From positions 61,523-125,522 of the forward strand of contig CAVVEU010000002.1 of the NCBI GenBank assembly GCA_963747235.1: a stretch of 64,000 nucleotides of DNA, given 5' to 3'. The translations under genes were made by a program, and so were the position numbers. Positions 39,986 to 49,911 of this stretch are shown here, piece by piece. This DNA comes from an uncultured Candidatus Rokubacteria bacterium. Lineage in GTDB: Bacteria > Methylomirabilota > Methylomirabilia > Rokubacteriales > CSP1-6. Position 1 is the stretch's first letter. Each line of letters begins with the position of its first letter. The notes below the pieces were generated by a model. The model was given only the letters and a program-made list of their open reading frames with translations. It was not told where the DNA came from and ran no database searches.

Positions 39986-40948
39986 CTAGTAGCCGCGCGC
40001 GCGGTCCACGGTTTCCCGCAGGGGCTGGCCCGCGAGGAAGCGCTGCAGGTTGTCGGAGAAGAGCTCGGCCACGATGTGATCGCGTCCGGGGTGGAGCCCG
40101 CCGATGTGCGGCAGCACCATGATGCCCTCGGTGCCCCAGAACGGATGCTCGGCGGGCAGGGGCTCGGTGGTGAAGACGTCGAGCACCGCGCCCGCGATCG
40201 TCTTCGCGGTGACCGCCTCGATCAGGTCCGCGTCCACGATCAGCTCGCCCCGCCCGAAGTTGAGCAGGTACGCGCCGGGCTTCATGCGCTTGAGGCGGGC
40301 CGCGTTCATGAAGCCGCGGGTGTCCGGCGTCACCGGCAGCAGCAGCAGCACGAAGTCGGACGCGGCCAGCACGGCGTCGGTGTCGGCGGGCCCGTACACG
40401 CGCTCCACGTGGGCCATCGGGGCCGGGCGCCGCCGCGTGCCGATCACGCGCATCTCGAGGGCCTCGGCCTTGCGCGCCAGCTCCTGGCCGATCACGCCCA
40501 GGCCCAGGATGCCGAGCGTGGCGCCGGCCAGCGTGGTCGAGACACGCCGCCGCCAGTGCCGCGCCGTCTGATCCTGCGCGATGCCCGCGTAGGGCTTGGT
40601 GAGGTGGAAGAGCGCGCCCAGGATGTTCTCCGGCATCTGCACCCGATGAGTCCCGCGCGCGCACGTGAGCGTGAGGCGCTCCGGCAGGTCGGGCAGCGCG
40701 AGCCAGCCTTCCACCCCGGCGGTCAGCGCCTGCAGCCACCGCAGCCGCGGCATCTGTGCGAGCACGCCCGCGCCCGCCCGGAAGGCGAGCATGGCCTCGC
40801 AGCGCGCGAGCAGCTCGGGCTTCGGCGTCTCGCCGAGCGGCACGGCGACGACATCCACGCGCTGATCGAGCCCCGCCCGCGCGAGCCCCTGGCGGTACGG
40901 CGCGGCATCGGGAATCCAGAGCAGCACGAGCGGGCGGTCGGTGGCCAT
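39986..40948 (-). CDS. D-2-hydroxyacid dehydrogenase family protein
   Basis: GILGLGVIG, LNFGRG, LDVFTTEPLP and PHIGG motifs. Confidence 0.9.
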   Translation of the reverse strand: MATDRPLVLLWIPDAAPYRQGLARAGLDQRVDVVAVPLGETPKPELLARCEAMLAFRAGAGVLAQMPRLRWLQALTAGVEGWLALPDLPERLTLTCARGTHRVQMPENILGALFHLTKPYAGIAQDQTARHWRRRVSTTLAGATLGILGLGVIGQELARKAEALEMRVIGTRRRPAPMAHVERVYGPADTDAVLAASDFVLLLLPVTPDTRGFMNAARLKRMKPGAYLLNFGRGELIVDADLIEAVTAKTIAGAVLDVFTTEPLPAEHPFWGTEGIMVLPHIGGLHPGRDHIVAELFSDNLQRFLAGQPLRETVDRARGY

Positions 40949-41058
40949 GTCGGATGAGTCCTCCCCGCGGGATCGTAGCCTCGCGCCGTCGGCGCGGCAA
41001 GGCTTCTTGATGGTTGGTGGGTTGCCCAGTGCCGGACCCTCCGGTAAGGTGCAGGCTC

Positions 41059-41946
41059 ATGCGCGCGCTCGTGATCGGAGCTTCCGGACAGGTGGGCGCG
41101 GCCCTGCTTCGCGTGCTGCGCGCGCGTGGCCACGAGGCCGTGGGCACGTGGGCTCACGAGGCCTTCCCCGGCCTCGTCCCGCTCGACTTCACCGATCCCG
41201 CCGCGACCGAGCGCCTCGTCGGCGAGACGCGTCCCGACTGGGTGCTGTGTCCCGCCGCGCTGAGCCACGTGGACTACTGCGAGGAGCACCCGGACGAGGC
41301 CTTCGCCGCGAACCTGCACGGGCCGCTCGCCGCCGCGCAGGCGGCCGCGCGCGCCGGCGCCGGCTTCGTCTACTACTCCTCCGACTACGTCTTCGACGGC
41401 GTGGACGGGCCCTATGCCGAGGACGCCCGCCCGCGCCCGCTCGGCGTCTACGGTCAGAGCAAGTGGGAAGGCGAGCAGGCGGTGCTGGGCGCGCTCGAGC
41501 GCGCGCTGGTGGTGCGCACCAGCGTGGTCTACGGCCCGGAGCGCCAGGAGAAGAACTCCGCCTACCAGCTGATCCGCGCCTGCCGCGGCGGCAAAGGGTT
41601 CCGGCCGGCGGTGGACCAGCGCGCGAGCCCCAGCTACAACCCCGACGTGGCCGCCGCCACCGTGGAGTGTTGCGAGCGGGAGCTCCGCGGCACCTGGCAC
41701 CTGGCCGGCGCCGACGTGCTGGACCGCATGGCCTACGCCCTCCTGGTCTGCCGCGTCTTCGACCTGGACCCCTCCAATCTCACGCCGGCGACCACCGCCC
41801 AGCTCGGGCAGAAGGCCGCGCGCCCGCTCAACGGCGGCCTGCGGATCGGGAAGGCCCAGGCTGAGCTTCGCACCCCGCTCCGCGGCGTCGAGGCGGGGCT
41901 CCGCGCGATGCGCGCGGCGCTCGAGGCGTCGCCGTCCGGCGCCTGA
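41059..41946 (+). CDS. RmlD-like (dTDP-4-dehydrorhamnose reductase family) SDR
   Basis: IGASGQVG, SSDYVFDG, YGQSKWEGE, DQRASP and AARP motifs. Confidence 0.85.
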   Translation: MRALVIGASGQVGAALLRVLRARGHEAVGTWAHEAFPGLVPLDFTDPAATERLVGETRPDWVLCPAALSHVDYCEEHPDEAFAANLHGPLAAAQAAARAGAGFVYYSSDYVFDGVDGPYAEDARPRPLGVYGQSKWEGEQAVLGALERALVVRTSVVYGPERQEKNSAYQLIRACRGGKGFRPAVDQRASPSYNPDVAAATVECCERELRGTWHLAGADVLDRMAYALLVCRVFDLDPSNLTPATTAQLGQKAARPLNGGLRIGKAQAELRTPLRGVEAGLRAMRAALEASPSGA

Positions 41947-41953
41947 GCGGCCG

Positions 41954-41982
41954 TTGACCAGTCCCGAAACATACGGTACAGT
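41954..41982 (+). promoter_or_regulatory. Putative sigma70 promoter of the tRNA cluster
   Basis: TTGACC-N17-TACAGT. Confidence 0.6.
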
Positions 41983-42007
41983 CACAACTTGGCTGTCGTC
42001 CTGAGAC

Positions 42008-42085
42008 GGTGACCGTAGCTCAATTGGTTAGAGCACTGGACTGTGGCTCCAGGGGTTGAGGGTTCGATTCCCTTCGGTCACCCCA
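42008..42085 (+). tRNA. tRNA-His(GTG)
   Basis: G-1 present, anticodon arm CTGGA-CTGTGGC-TCCAG, C73 and CCA. Confidence 0.95.
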
Positions 42086-42108
42086 CTCCTGAAGTCGGCC
42101 GGGCTCGG

Positions 42109-42185
42109 GCGCCCATAGCTCAGCTGGATAGAGCGTTAGCCTCCGGAGCTAAAGGTCAGAGGTTCGAATCCTCTTGGGCGCACCA
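42109..42185 (+). tRNA. tRNA-Arg(CCG)
   Basis: Anticodon arm TTAGC-CTCCGGA-GCTAA and CCA. Confidence 0.95.
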
Positions 42186-42229
42186 TTTCTGATATAGAAG
42201 TGCTGATGTCGTAGCACCCGCTAAGACGC

Positions 42230-42305
<76 letters not shown>

Positions 42306-42326
42306 AACAAGACAAGGGGTTCCGGG

Positions 42327-42602
42327 TTACCGGGACCCCTTCGTCGTCTCTACAGCTGGCTCATGTGTGATCGCTTGCGTGATTTTCTGCGGGGTCAGTA
42401 CGGTATCGAGGCGAGCGACGGCGGAACGCAGGTGCTCTGGCGATAGGTGGGCATAGCGCATTACCATCGCCAGGGAGCTGTGGCCGAGGAGGTCTTTCAG
42501 CTCGGGCAGGGTTGCGCCCCGCTGAATAGCCCACGAGGCGAAGGTGTGGCGGAGGTCGTGAAACCGGAAGTCCTCCAGCCCGGCCGCCCTCACCGAGGCC
42601 AA
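42327..42602 (-). pseudogene. Tyrosine recombinase/integrase C-terminal fragment
   Basis: FHDLRHTFAS...LLGHSSLAMVMRYAHL catalytic box. N-terminal portion missing. Confidence 0.88.
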
Positions 42603-42886
42603 GCTCGCTCAGGTCGATCCGGCCGCCGGCCGGGTGATCAAGCGCTACGCGCTGCCGGCGGGCGAGAAGGGCGGCCCGTACGCGGTCAACGTGGATGGCT
42701 CGGGCATCGTGTGGGCGAACGAGATCGAGACGGACACGGTGGTGCGCCTCGATCCCTCCACCGGAGATCTCAAGGTTGTCCTGCTCCCCTCGCGCGGCCT
42801 CAAGATCCGGAAGATGGCCATCGACGCCCAGGGGCGGCTCTGGTATATGGGCAGTGCCAACGGCCGCCTACGGCGTGGTCGAGTAG
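42601..42886 (+). pseudogene. Vgb lyase-like beta-propeller C-terminal fragment
   Basis: GPYAVNVDGSGIVWAN...IRKMAIDAQGRLWY blades. No 5' part; directly abuts the integrase fragment. Confidence 0.6.
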
Positions 42887-42953
42887 CGTCGAGGGGTCGC
42901 GCCGGGAAGCCCGGGGGATTGGTCGGCGCGGTCACGCGATGAGGAGGTGAGGG

Positions 42954-43919
42954 ATGCGTCTCGGAATCACCCTGTGGGGGTTTGGCCTCGGGTATCGCGA
43001 GGCCGTCGACCTGGCCCGACGGACCGAGGAGGCCGGCTTTCACAACCTGTTCATGGTCGAGAGCGTGCTCAGCAACGACGGCGTCACCACCGCGGCCATG
43101 ATCGCGGCCCGGACCTCGCGGCTGCTGATCGGGACCAACATCGCGAACGTGTACCTCCGCCATCCGGTGATGCTCGCGGCGGCCGCGGTGGCCATCGACG
43201 AGATCGCGCCCGAGCGGCTGGTCCTCGGGCTCGGGCCGAACAACCGGACCATGGTCACCCAGGCCGGCTTCGCCTGGCGGGATCCACGCGACGTGCTCCA
43301 GGCGACGACGGCCACCCTGCGCGCTGTCTTCAGGGGCGAGGGGGTGGCCGGCCTGCGCCATCCCCGGCCGGCGAGCCACGCCATTCCAATCCACTGGGCG
43401 GGGATGGCGCTCGAGACGTGCGCGGCGGCCGGCATCCACGCCGACGGCCTCATGCTGTACATCAACACGCCCGCCCGCTACCGACGGGCCGTCGAGCGCT
43501 TTCGCGGGGCCGCCCGCGAGGCCGGGCGCGATGCGGACCGCCTGCCGGTGAGCCTGCTCATCCCGACCTTCATCCACGACGACCTCGCCACCGCCCGGCG
43601 GGCCGCGCGCGAGTTCCTCGTGCACTACGCGCGGTGGCCGCACTACGCGAGCACCTTCGCGGCGAGCGGCTACGCGGCCCAGATGGAGCGCGTGGCCACC
43701 GCGTACGGCGCCGGCGATCTGGCCACCGCGATGGCGGCGCTCGACGACGCGCTGCTCGACGAGGTCCTCCTCCTCGGCCCCCCCGCGCGGATTCGCGAGG
43801 GGATCGAGCGATTCGCCCGCGCGGGCGTGGAGTGGATCACCCTGGGTCCCCAGGCGGTGACGACGGACTCGCTCGCCCGGCAGGCCGAGCGGATGATCGC
43901 CCTGCTCGCGCCGCGGTGA
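42954..43919 (+). CDS. LLM-class flavin-dependent oxidoreductase
   Basis: ARRTEEAGF, TSRLLIGTNIAN, RLVLGLG and ADG motifs. GAGGAGG RBS. Confidence 0.85.
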   Translation: MRLGITLWGFGLGYREAVDLARRTEEAGFHNLFMVESVLSNDGVTTAAMIAARTSRLLIGTNIANVYLRHPVMLAAAAVAIDEIAPERLVLGLGPNNRTMVTQAGFAWRDPRDVLQATTATLRAVFRGEGVAGLRHPRPASHAIPIHWAGMALETCAAAGIHADGLMLYINTPARYRRAVERFRGAAREAGRDADRLPVSLLIPTFIHDDLATARRAAREFLVHYARWPHYASTFAASGYAAQMERVATAYGAGDLATAMAALDDALLDEVLLLGPPARIREGIERFARAGVEWITLGPQAVTTDSLARQAERMIALLAPR

Positions 43920-43940
43920 CGCCGCGCGCGATGGGGTAGC

Positions 43941-44270
43941 CTACCCGCCGCGAGGGCGTTCGCGCGGAGCGCCCGGCAACCGGGCCGCGCGGTCGGGCGC
44001 GCCCCCGGCGACGGCTGCACGCTGGCCTTCGTACCAGCGCGACATCAGCTCCATGGCGAGCCACGCGGCGGAACAGCCCACCAGGAGCAAGACGCGCGTC
44101 GTCCCCCAGCTCCAGCGGTCCACGATCCACGCGAAGGCCGTCGGCGAGGCGGCATTGACGACGAGAACCGCGGTGGCGATGGCGCCGAGCACGGCGCCGT
44201 ACCCCTTCACGCCGAACAGCGCGAGCGGCACCGCGCCACGGACGATGGTGACGACGCCCTGGGACGCGCC
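43941..44270 (-). pseudogene. MFS transporter 3' fragment
   Basis: GASQGVVTIVRGAVPLALFGVKGYGAVLG...ASPTAFAWIVD. No upstream half. Confidence 0.6.
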
Positions 44271-44364
44271 GGTTATGTCGCGGGGACAGGGCCTAGGGAC
44301 ACGGCGATCGCAGCCGGAGGGTGCTAGGGTTGACTATTCTCATTCTCCGATTCTCTATTGTCTG

Positions 44365-44478
44365 ATCGAAGGCGAGGAGGTGATCGTAGCCGGCACCCTC
44401 GGCCGCCTGAGCGTAGTCGCGGATCACCGCGGGGTCCGAGCCGATCTCCGTCTAGGGAAACACCACGCCGAGCTTCAT
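44365..44478 (-). pseudogene. LLM/F420-dependent oxidoreductase N-terminal remnant with in-frame stop
   Basis: Manual translation MKLGVVFP*TEIGSDPAVIRDYAQAAEGAGYDHLLAFD, after which similarity is lost. Confidence 0.65.
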
Positions 44479-44716
44479 GTCGATGCCGCCGCGCTTGACA
44501 ACCTGGACGCTTGACACCTGCGCTGCGCCTGGCTAGGGTGTCGCTGAACCGGCCCGGCGCTCTCGGCTCGCGGAGGACTTTGTGTGCGCTGTGCCTACGG
44601 CTCCTGGGGCGGCCAGCGTCCGCGTCTGGCACCTCAGGTCACGTTGACGAGGCGGACGGACGGGGCGACCGCCTCCGGCGGTCGTTCATGCTGCCCATCC
44701 CCTCGGGAAGGTAGCC

Positions 44717-45799
44717 ATGATACACGTGATCTTCAAGCGACAGATCCTTTGGCACAGCGCGGCCGCCGCGCTCCTCGGCCTCACGGCCGGCTGCGCCTCG
44801 CTCGAGGGGCGCGGCGCCTTCGCCTTCGGCGTCCTCGGCGACATGCCGTACACGAAGGTGCAGGAGGCCGAGTACGCGCGCGTGATCACCGCCATGAATG
44901 CCGCCGATCTCGCGTTCGTAGCGCATATCGGCGACTTCCAGTTCGACGCGCGGCCCTACAACCAGAACCCGTCCCTTGCCTCGATGCCGTGCGTCGACGA
45001 GAGCTATGCGGCGATACGCGACTCGTTTCAGACGGTGCGCCATGCGTTCATCCTCACCCCCGGCGACAACGACTGGACCGATTGCTGGCCGCTCAAGGCG
45101 CGCGAGGTTGACCCGCTCGAGCTGCTCGCCAAGGTGCGCTCGATGTTCTTTCCGGAGGGCAGGAGCCTGGGACAGCGGCCGATGGCGGTGCGCAACCAGT
45201 CGGCCGATCCGACATTCGCGAAGTTCCGGGAAAACTTGCGCTGGTCGACTGGCGGCGTCACCTTCGTGACCCTGCACATCGTCGGCAGCAACGACAACTT
45301 CGGCCGCACCCCGCAGATGGATGCCGAGCACCGCGAGCGCAAGGCCGCCAATCTCGCCTGGATGAGGCAGGCGTTCGCGGCGGCCAAGGCGGAGGGGAGC
45401 CGCGGGCTGGTGATCCTGACCCAGGCGAACCCCGGCTTCGAGAATTTCTGGCCGCCGGCGGCGAAGACCCGCTATTTCATCCCGTTCATCGCGCGCGGCA
45501 AGCCGCTCCCTAGCCCGAACACAGCCTATGAGGACTATGTCATGGTGCTCGCCGAGGAGCTCGAGAGCTTCGACAAGCCGGTGGCGTACGTGCACGGCGA
45601 CACGCACCTGTTCCGCATCGACAAGCCGCTCTACAGCAGGCAAACCAGCCGCGTGTTCGAGAACTTCACGCGCATTGAAACCTTCGGCTGGCCCGACAGC
45701 CACTGGGTGCGGATCGAGATCGACCCAGCGGACCCGCAGCTTTTCGTCGTCAAGCCTCAGATCGTGCCGCAGAATGCGGTCGGCTCGCGCGCGAGGTGA
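44717..45799 (+). CDS. Calcineurin-like metallophosphoesterase, probable lipoprotein
   Basis: LTAGC lipobox, GDMPY, HIGD, TPGDNDWTDC and HGDTH motifs. Confidence 0.75.
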   Translation: MIHVIFKRQILWHSAAAALLGLTAGCASLEGRGAFAFGVLGDMPYTKVQEAEYARVITAMNAADLAFVAHIGDFQFDARPYNQNPSLASMPCVDESYAAIRDSFQTVRHAFILTPGDNDWTDCWPLKAREVDPLELLAKVRSMFFPEGRSLGQRPMAVRNQSADPTFAKFRENLRWSTGGVTFVTLHIVGSNDNFGRTPQMDAEHRERKAANLAWMRQAFAAAKAEGSRGLVILTQANPGFENFWPPAAKTRYFIPFIARGKPLPSPNTAYEDYVMVLAEELESFDKPVAYVHGDTHLFRIDKPLYSRQTSRVFENFTRIETFGWPDSHWVRIEIDPADPQLFVVKPQIVPQNAVGSRAR

Positions 45800-46189
45800 C
45801 GCCGATCGCCCTGCTCCGCTGTTACCAAGCCCAGCCCCGAGAGGCCCCTTCTCGCCCCTTTCCAGTGGACTGGGAGAAGAAAAGGAGCCTCGTAACTCTG
45901 CAAGCTTACGAGGCTCCCTATGCTGCCAGCAGCCCTGAAAATCCCGCGATCTCCGGGTCGGTCCTGTCATGGCACAAATGCCTCATTGACTATCGGCGGG
46001 GGGCCTCCGGTCTCCGAGTCAAACGCGAGCACTCGCGAGCCTGTAGTCGCCGCTCCTAGTGGTTCTGGATTCCGAATCGAATCCCGGGTGGGGCCGGGGG
46101 GTCCGCCGGTGCTACTCCCGGTGCTACTTACCCGTCGCGCTCTATCTCACTCAGGCTGCTACATTCGAGTCCTTGACGGCCCACCAATC

Positions 46190-46235
46190 GAATCGGAGGT
46201 TTCCAGCGTGTCGGGAAACCTCCGATTCTTTTTTT
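46190..46235 (+). terminator. Rho-independent terminator downstream of the att repeat
   Basis: Long inverted repeat GAATCGGAGGTTTCC...GGAAACCTCCGATTC followed by a T7 tract. Confidence 0.75.
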
Positions 46236-46248
46236 GCTACCACTTGGC

Positions 46249-46458
46249 TCATCGAGCCGGTTCACCGCGGGCTTGTTCTCCAGCGGGAGCCCTTTTCACG
46301 GCCATGACCCAGTCCCAGACGCGCTCCCAGTCCCACCCCGTCGGCGCGCCCCGGCTGGTCACCCCCGCACTGTTGATCAGGATGTCGAGGCTCCCCAGCG
46401 CCCGCACGGTCTCGGTCACCCAGCGCTCGGCGTCCTCGCGTGGGCGCCACGTCTCCAC
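46249..46458 (-). pseudogene. SDR oxidoreductase internal fragment
   Basis: ETVRALGSLDILINSAGV...WDWVMAV (SDR NxAG region). No N- or C-terminus. Confidence 0.6.
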
Positions 46459-46492
46459 TCAGCGCTGTTGCTTCTTCGTCCGGCCATTCTCC

Positions 46493-47728
46493 TCAGCCGT
46501 AGCCGACGACATACCCGAAACGGCGGACGAAGTCGGGCTCGCTCAGCTTGGCGGCCCGAGCGAGCGCCTCCCGGTGCTCGGGCCGCTCGAAGTCCTCAGG
46601 CTTGAGGCGGATCATGTAGGCAAGGAGCGTCCGGTACGCCTCCGAGTGGATGTCCGCGTAGCGAACGCGGATCTTCCCCGTCGTCGAGTCGAGGAGATCC
46701 CCGAACGGGATCGAAACCAGTTTGCCGCCCTGGATCGTCGCCAGCGCTTCGGTGCCGCCGTCGAGCAGGAAGCGCGTGGCCCAGTAGCCGAGGCTCCGGC
46801 AGTACTGGATGTCGAACCCGCCCGGCGGGGCGCAGCGCAGCTCGTAGCCGAGATCCTTGGCCACGATGCCGGTCCGGATCCCCCGCGCCGCCAGGCTCGC
46901 CACCACCCGCGTCTTGAGCAGCCGCGCCAGCTCCAGCTCCTCCAGCCGCACGTTCCCGTAGGCGTCGCGCTCCACCGCCCCCAGCGTCCGAGGGTCGAGC
47001 TTCTCGAGGAGCCCCTCGGCCAGGAGGGCCACTCCGTGGTCCCGGCCGTGGACCAGCCGCTTGACGATGGCGCCCTCCAGGATGTCGACCAGCTGCTGGA
47101 TCGGAATGTGGCGCTCCGGGAATTCCTCGGCGACCACGGTGAGGGTGGCGCCGGCGGCCCCGCCGACGCCGAGGGCTAGATGCCCGGCATGGCGCCCCAT
47201 CACCGTCACGAAGAACCACTTGCCGGTCGTGGCGGCGTCCTTCATCAGATTCCGGACGAGCTCCATGCCCAGGTCCACCGCCGTGGTGAAGCCGAAGGTC
47301 GGGATCTCCGGGGGGAGGGGCAGGTCGTTGTCGATGGTCTTGGGGACGTGGACCACCGCCACCCGGCCGCCGATGGCCCGCGCGACCTGGGCCGTGCCAA
47401 AGGCAGTGTCGTCACCTCCGATCGTGAGGAGATAGGAGACGTCGAGCCGGCGCAGCGATTCGACGACGTGCTGGAGGGCCTCGGGAGACCGGGTGGGATT
47501 GGCGCGGGCGGTGCGCAGGATGGAGCCGCCCTCGAAGTGGATCTGGGAGATCCCGGCGATGTCCAGCTCGCGCACGCGGGAGAGATCCCCCTCCATGAGC
47601 CACTTGAAGCCGTCCTCGGAGCCGAGCACCCGGAGCCCTCGGTTCCGGGCCTCGATGGTCGCCGCCGCGATGACCGCGTTGATGCCCGGCGCCGGGCCGC
47701 CGCCAACCAGGATGGCCAGCGTCTTCAT
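46493..47728 (-). CDS. pfp: Pyrophosphate-dependent phosphofructokinase
   Basis: GGGPAPGIN, GGDDT (Asp indicates PPi type), PKTIDND, MGRHAG and GYELRC motifs. Confidence 0.88.
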   Translation of the reverse strand: MKTLAILVGGGPAPGINAVIAAATIEARNRGLRVLGSEDGFKWLMEGDLSRVRELDIAGISQIHFEGGSILRTARANPTRSPEALQHVVESLRRLDVSYLLTIGGDDTAFGTAQVARAIGGRVAVVHVPKTIDNDLPLPPEIPTFGFTTAVDLGMELVRNLMKDAATTGKWFFVTVMGRHAGHLALGVGGAAGATLTVVAEEFPERHIPIQQLVDILEGAIVKRLVHGRDHGVALLAEGLLEKLDPRTLGAVERDAYGNVRLEELELARLLKTRVVASLAARGIRTGIVAKDLGYELRCAPPGGFDIQYCRSLGYWATRFLLDGGTEALATIQGGKLVSIPFGDLLDSTTGKIRVRYADIHSEAYRTLLAYMIRLKPEDFERPEHREALARAAKLSEPDFVRRFGYVVGYG

Positions 47729-47735
47729 GGTCGGC

Positions 47736-48761
47736 CTACGCGACGATCTGTTCCATCTCGGGCGCATACCGGCCGGAACGGGCGAGCCCGTTGAGTCGGG
47801 CGCGGTGGTGGAAGGCTTTCTGGCCGGCCGCCATGCGGCCCGGGTCTCCCTTCCAGGCCTTCTGGGCCGCCGCCTGCAGCGCGCGGCCGTACGAGAACGA
47901 GAGTTGCCAGGGGTGCGTCTCCGCCATGGCGTTCATCGCGTTCAGGTGCGCCGTTGCCAGCTCATCGCTCTGGCCGCCGGAGAGGAACACGATGCCGGGC
48001 ACCGCCGCCGGCACGGTGCGCCGGAGGGTGCGAACAGTCGCCGCGGCCACCTCCTGGACGCCGGCTTGTCGGGGGCAGCTCTTGCCGGAGAGGACCATGT
48101 TCGGCTTGAGCAGCATCCCCTCCAGCGAGACCTGCTGGCGGTGGAGCGTGGCGAAGACGGTGTGGAGCGTGGCCTCGGTGACCTCGGCGCACCGCTCGAT
48201 GGAGTGGTCGCCGTCCATCAGTACCTCGGGCTCGACGATCGGGACGAGTTCCGCCTCCTGGCAGAGGGCGGCGTAGCGCGCCAGCGCGTGGGCGTTGGTG
48301 TCGATGCAGTACGGGGTCGGGAGACCGGGTCCGATCGTGATGACGGCTCGCCACTTGGCGAAGCGGGCGCCGAGACCGCGGTACTCCGCCAGGCGGTCGC
48401 GGAGGCCGTCCAGGCCCTCGGTGATCAGCTCGCCGGGGCTGCCGGCCAGGGCCTTCGTCCCCTTGTCGACCTTGATCCCCGGAATCATCCCCCGCGTGGC
48501 GAGGAGGTTCCCGAGCGGCATGCCATCGTCGGCCTTCTGCCGGAGGGTCTCGTCGAACAAGATGACGCCGCTGATGAACGCGCCCGCCTCCGGCGTGGTG
48601 AAGAGCATCTGCCGGTAGACGCGGCGGTTCTCCGCGGTGTTCTCGACGCCGATCGCGGCGAAGCGCTTCTCGATACTGGGATGGCTCTCGTCGGCGGCGA
48701 GGATACCCCTGCCGGAAGGGACGAGCGCGCGGGCAATCGACTCGAGCGGTGTGAGGGTCAT
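47736..48761 (-). CDS. fba: Class I fructose-bisphosphate aldolase (eukaryote-like glycolytic family)
   Basis: GILAADES, GIKVDKG, FAKWRAV, VPIVEPEVL, LLKPNMV, FLSGGQS and SFSYGRALQ motifs. Own ATG at 48761. Confidence 0.93.
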   Translation of the reverse strand: MTLTPLESIARALVPSGRGILAADESHPSIEKRFAAIGVENTAENRRVYRQMLFTTPEAGAFISGVILFDETLRQKADDGMPLGNLLATRGMIPGIKVDKGTKALAGSPGELITEGLDGLRDRLAEYRGLGARFAKWRAVITIGPGLPTPYCIDTNAHALARYAALCQEAELVPIVEPEVLMDGDHSIERCAEVTEATLHTVFATLHRQQVSLEGMLLKPNMVLSGKSCPRQAGVQEVAAATVRTLRRTVPAAVPGIVFLSGGQSDELATAHLNAMNAMAETHPWQLSFSYGRALQAAAQKAWKGDPGRMAAGQKAFHHRARLNGLARSGRYAPEMEQIVA

Positions 48762-48787
48762 CGCGGGCCTCCCTTGTGAAGACTCGT

Positions 48788-49903
48788 CTAGTCCAGCCAG
48801 TCCTCTTCCTTGAGCTTGCGGGGCAGGTAGGTCTTGGTGAGGTAGCGGAAGTCCTTGTTGGCGAGCGCGTCGAGCTCGTACTTGAGCCCGCTCGCGAGCA
48901 TCCGCTTGATCTCTTCCTGCCAGGGCTTCTTCTGGAGCCACCGGTACTTGAGCAGCTCCTTGGCGCGGCTGATGTCCTTGTCGTTGAGCTTGATGCCCAC
49001 GTTGCGAGGGAGGCCGTAGCGGTCGGGGTCGGCGCTGGAGAGGCCGATGAACTTGGCCTTGGGAATGGCCATCCGCTCGCTCTCGAACGCGAGGTTGATC
49101 GAGCCCTGCTTGACCACCGAGTAGATGTAGTAGCCCCACGGGTCGTTGTCGACGAGGACGTAGACCGGGATCTTGTACTCCTCGTGCAGCCGGCGCGCGA
49201 GGCGCCGGACGCCGCGGGGCGGCTGGCCGTTGCCGGTGAGGAGCACGCAGTTGTAGCGGCGCCAGAACTTGTCCTCCGAGAGGCGGTTCCACTGGGTGCC
49301 CTTCTCGACGAGCAGGACGAAGTCGGCGGTGCAGCGGCGGATCTCGATGAAGTCGGGCTCGACGATGGACGGGACCGAGTAGCCGCCCTTGCCGAGGCGC
49401 GCGCAGTCCACCCGGTCGCCGTCGTCGCCGAAGACGACCGGCCCCACGATGCTGCCCGCGTTCTCGGCGCGCACGTGGAGCTCCTCGCGCAGCGCGGCCA
49501 GCGACACCTCGAGATCCTCGATCAGCGGGTCGGACTCGTTCTGGTTGTCGAACGTGTTCTCGTTCGAGTCCTTCATCGTGTGCTTGGTGCGGTAGTAGAT
49601 CTCCCGCAGCGACGTGGTGAGGTCGGCCCGCTGCAGCTCGGAGAGAGCGTCGGCCACCAGCACCGTCTGCATGAACTTCTTCGCCATGCTCACGTTGAAG
49701 AACGTGCGCTCCTGCTTGCGCTTGCCCATCTCGATGATGCCGCGCTTCTCGTTGAAGTTGACGTTGGCGAGGCTGCGCACCGGGATGAACAGCGTCGGGT
49801 CCTTGCTGCGGTCGGCGGCGGTGATCACCGCGTCGGCCACGCTGATGAGCTTCTTCTCGACGGCCCCGGCGACCGGGGCCTTCTTCGCCTTTGCTCGCGC
49901 CAT
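48788..49903 (-). CDS. top6A: DNA topoisomerase VI subunit A (Spo11 family)
   Basis: SLREIYY catalytic Tyr, Toprim VEK, GQP and VDNDPWG (DxD) motifs, ELDAL. Confidence 0.93.
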   Translation of the reverse strand: MARAKAKKAPVAGAVEKKLISVADAVITAADRSKDPTLFIPVRSLANVNFNEKRGIIEMGKRKQERTFFNVSMAKKFMQTVLVADALSELQRADLTTSLREIYYRTKHTMKDSNENTFDNQNESDPLIEDLEVSLAALREELHVRAENAGSIVGPVVFGDDGDRVDCARLGKGGYSVPSIVEPDFIEIRRCTADFVLLVEKGTQWNRLSEDKFWRRYNCVLLTGNGQPPRGVRRLARRLHEEYKIPVYVLVDNDPWGYYIYSVVKQGSINLAFESERMAIPKAKFIGLSSADPDRYGLPRNVGIKLNDKDISRAKELLKYRWLQKKPWQEEIKRMLASGLKYELDALANKDFRYLTKTYLPRKLKEEDWLD

Positions 49904-49911
49904 GGCTCGGT

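Noticed and set aside
45843-45885. Possible fifth, inverted copy of the REP-like repeat
   Set aside because: Too degenerate and lacks the 22-nt core, so it was not counted.
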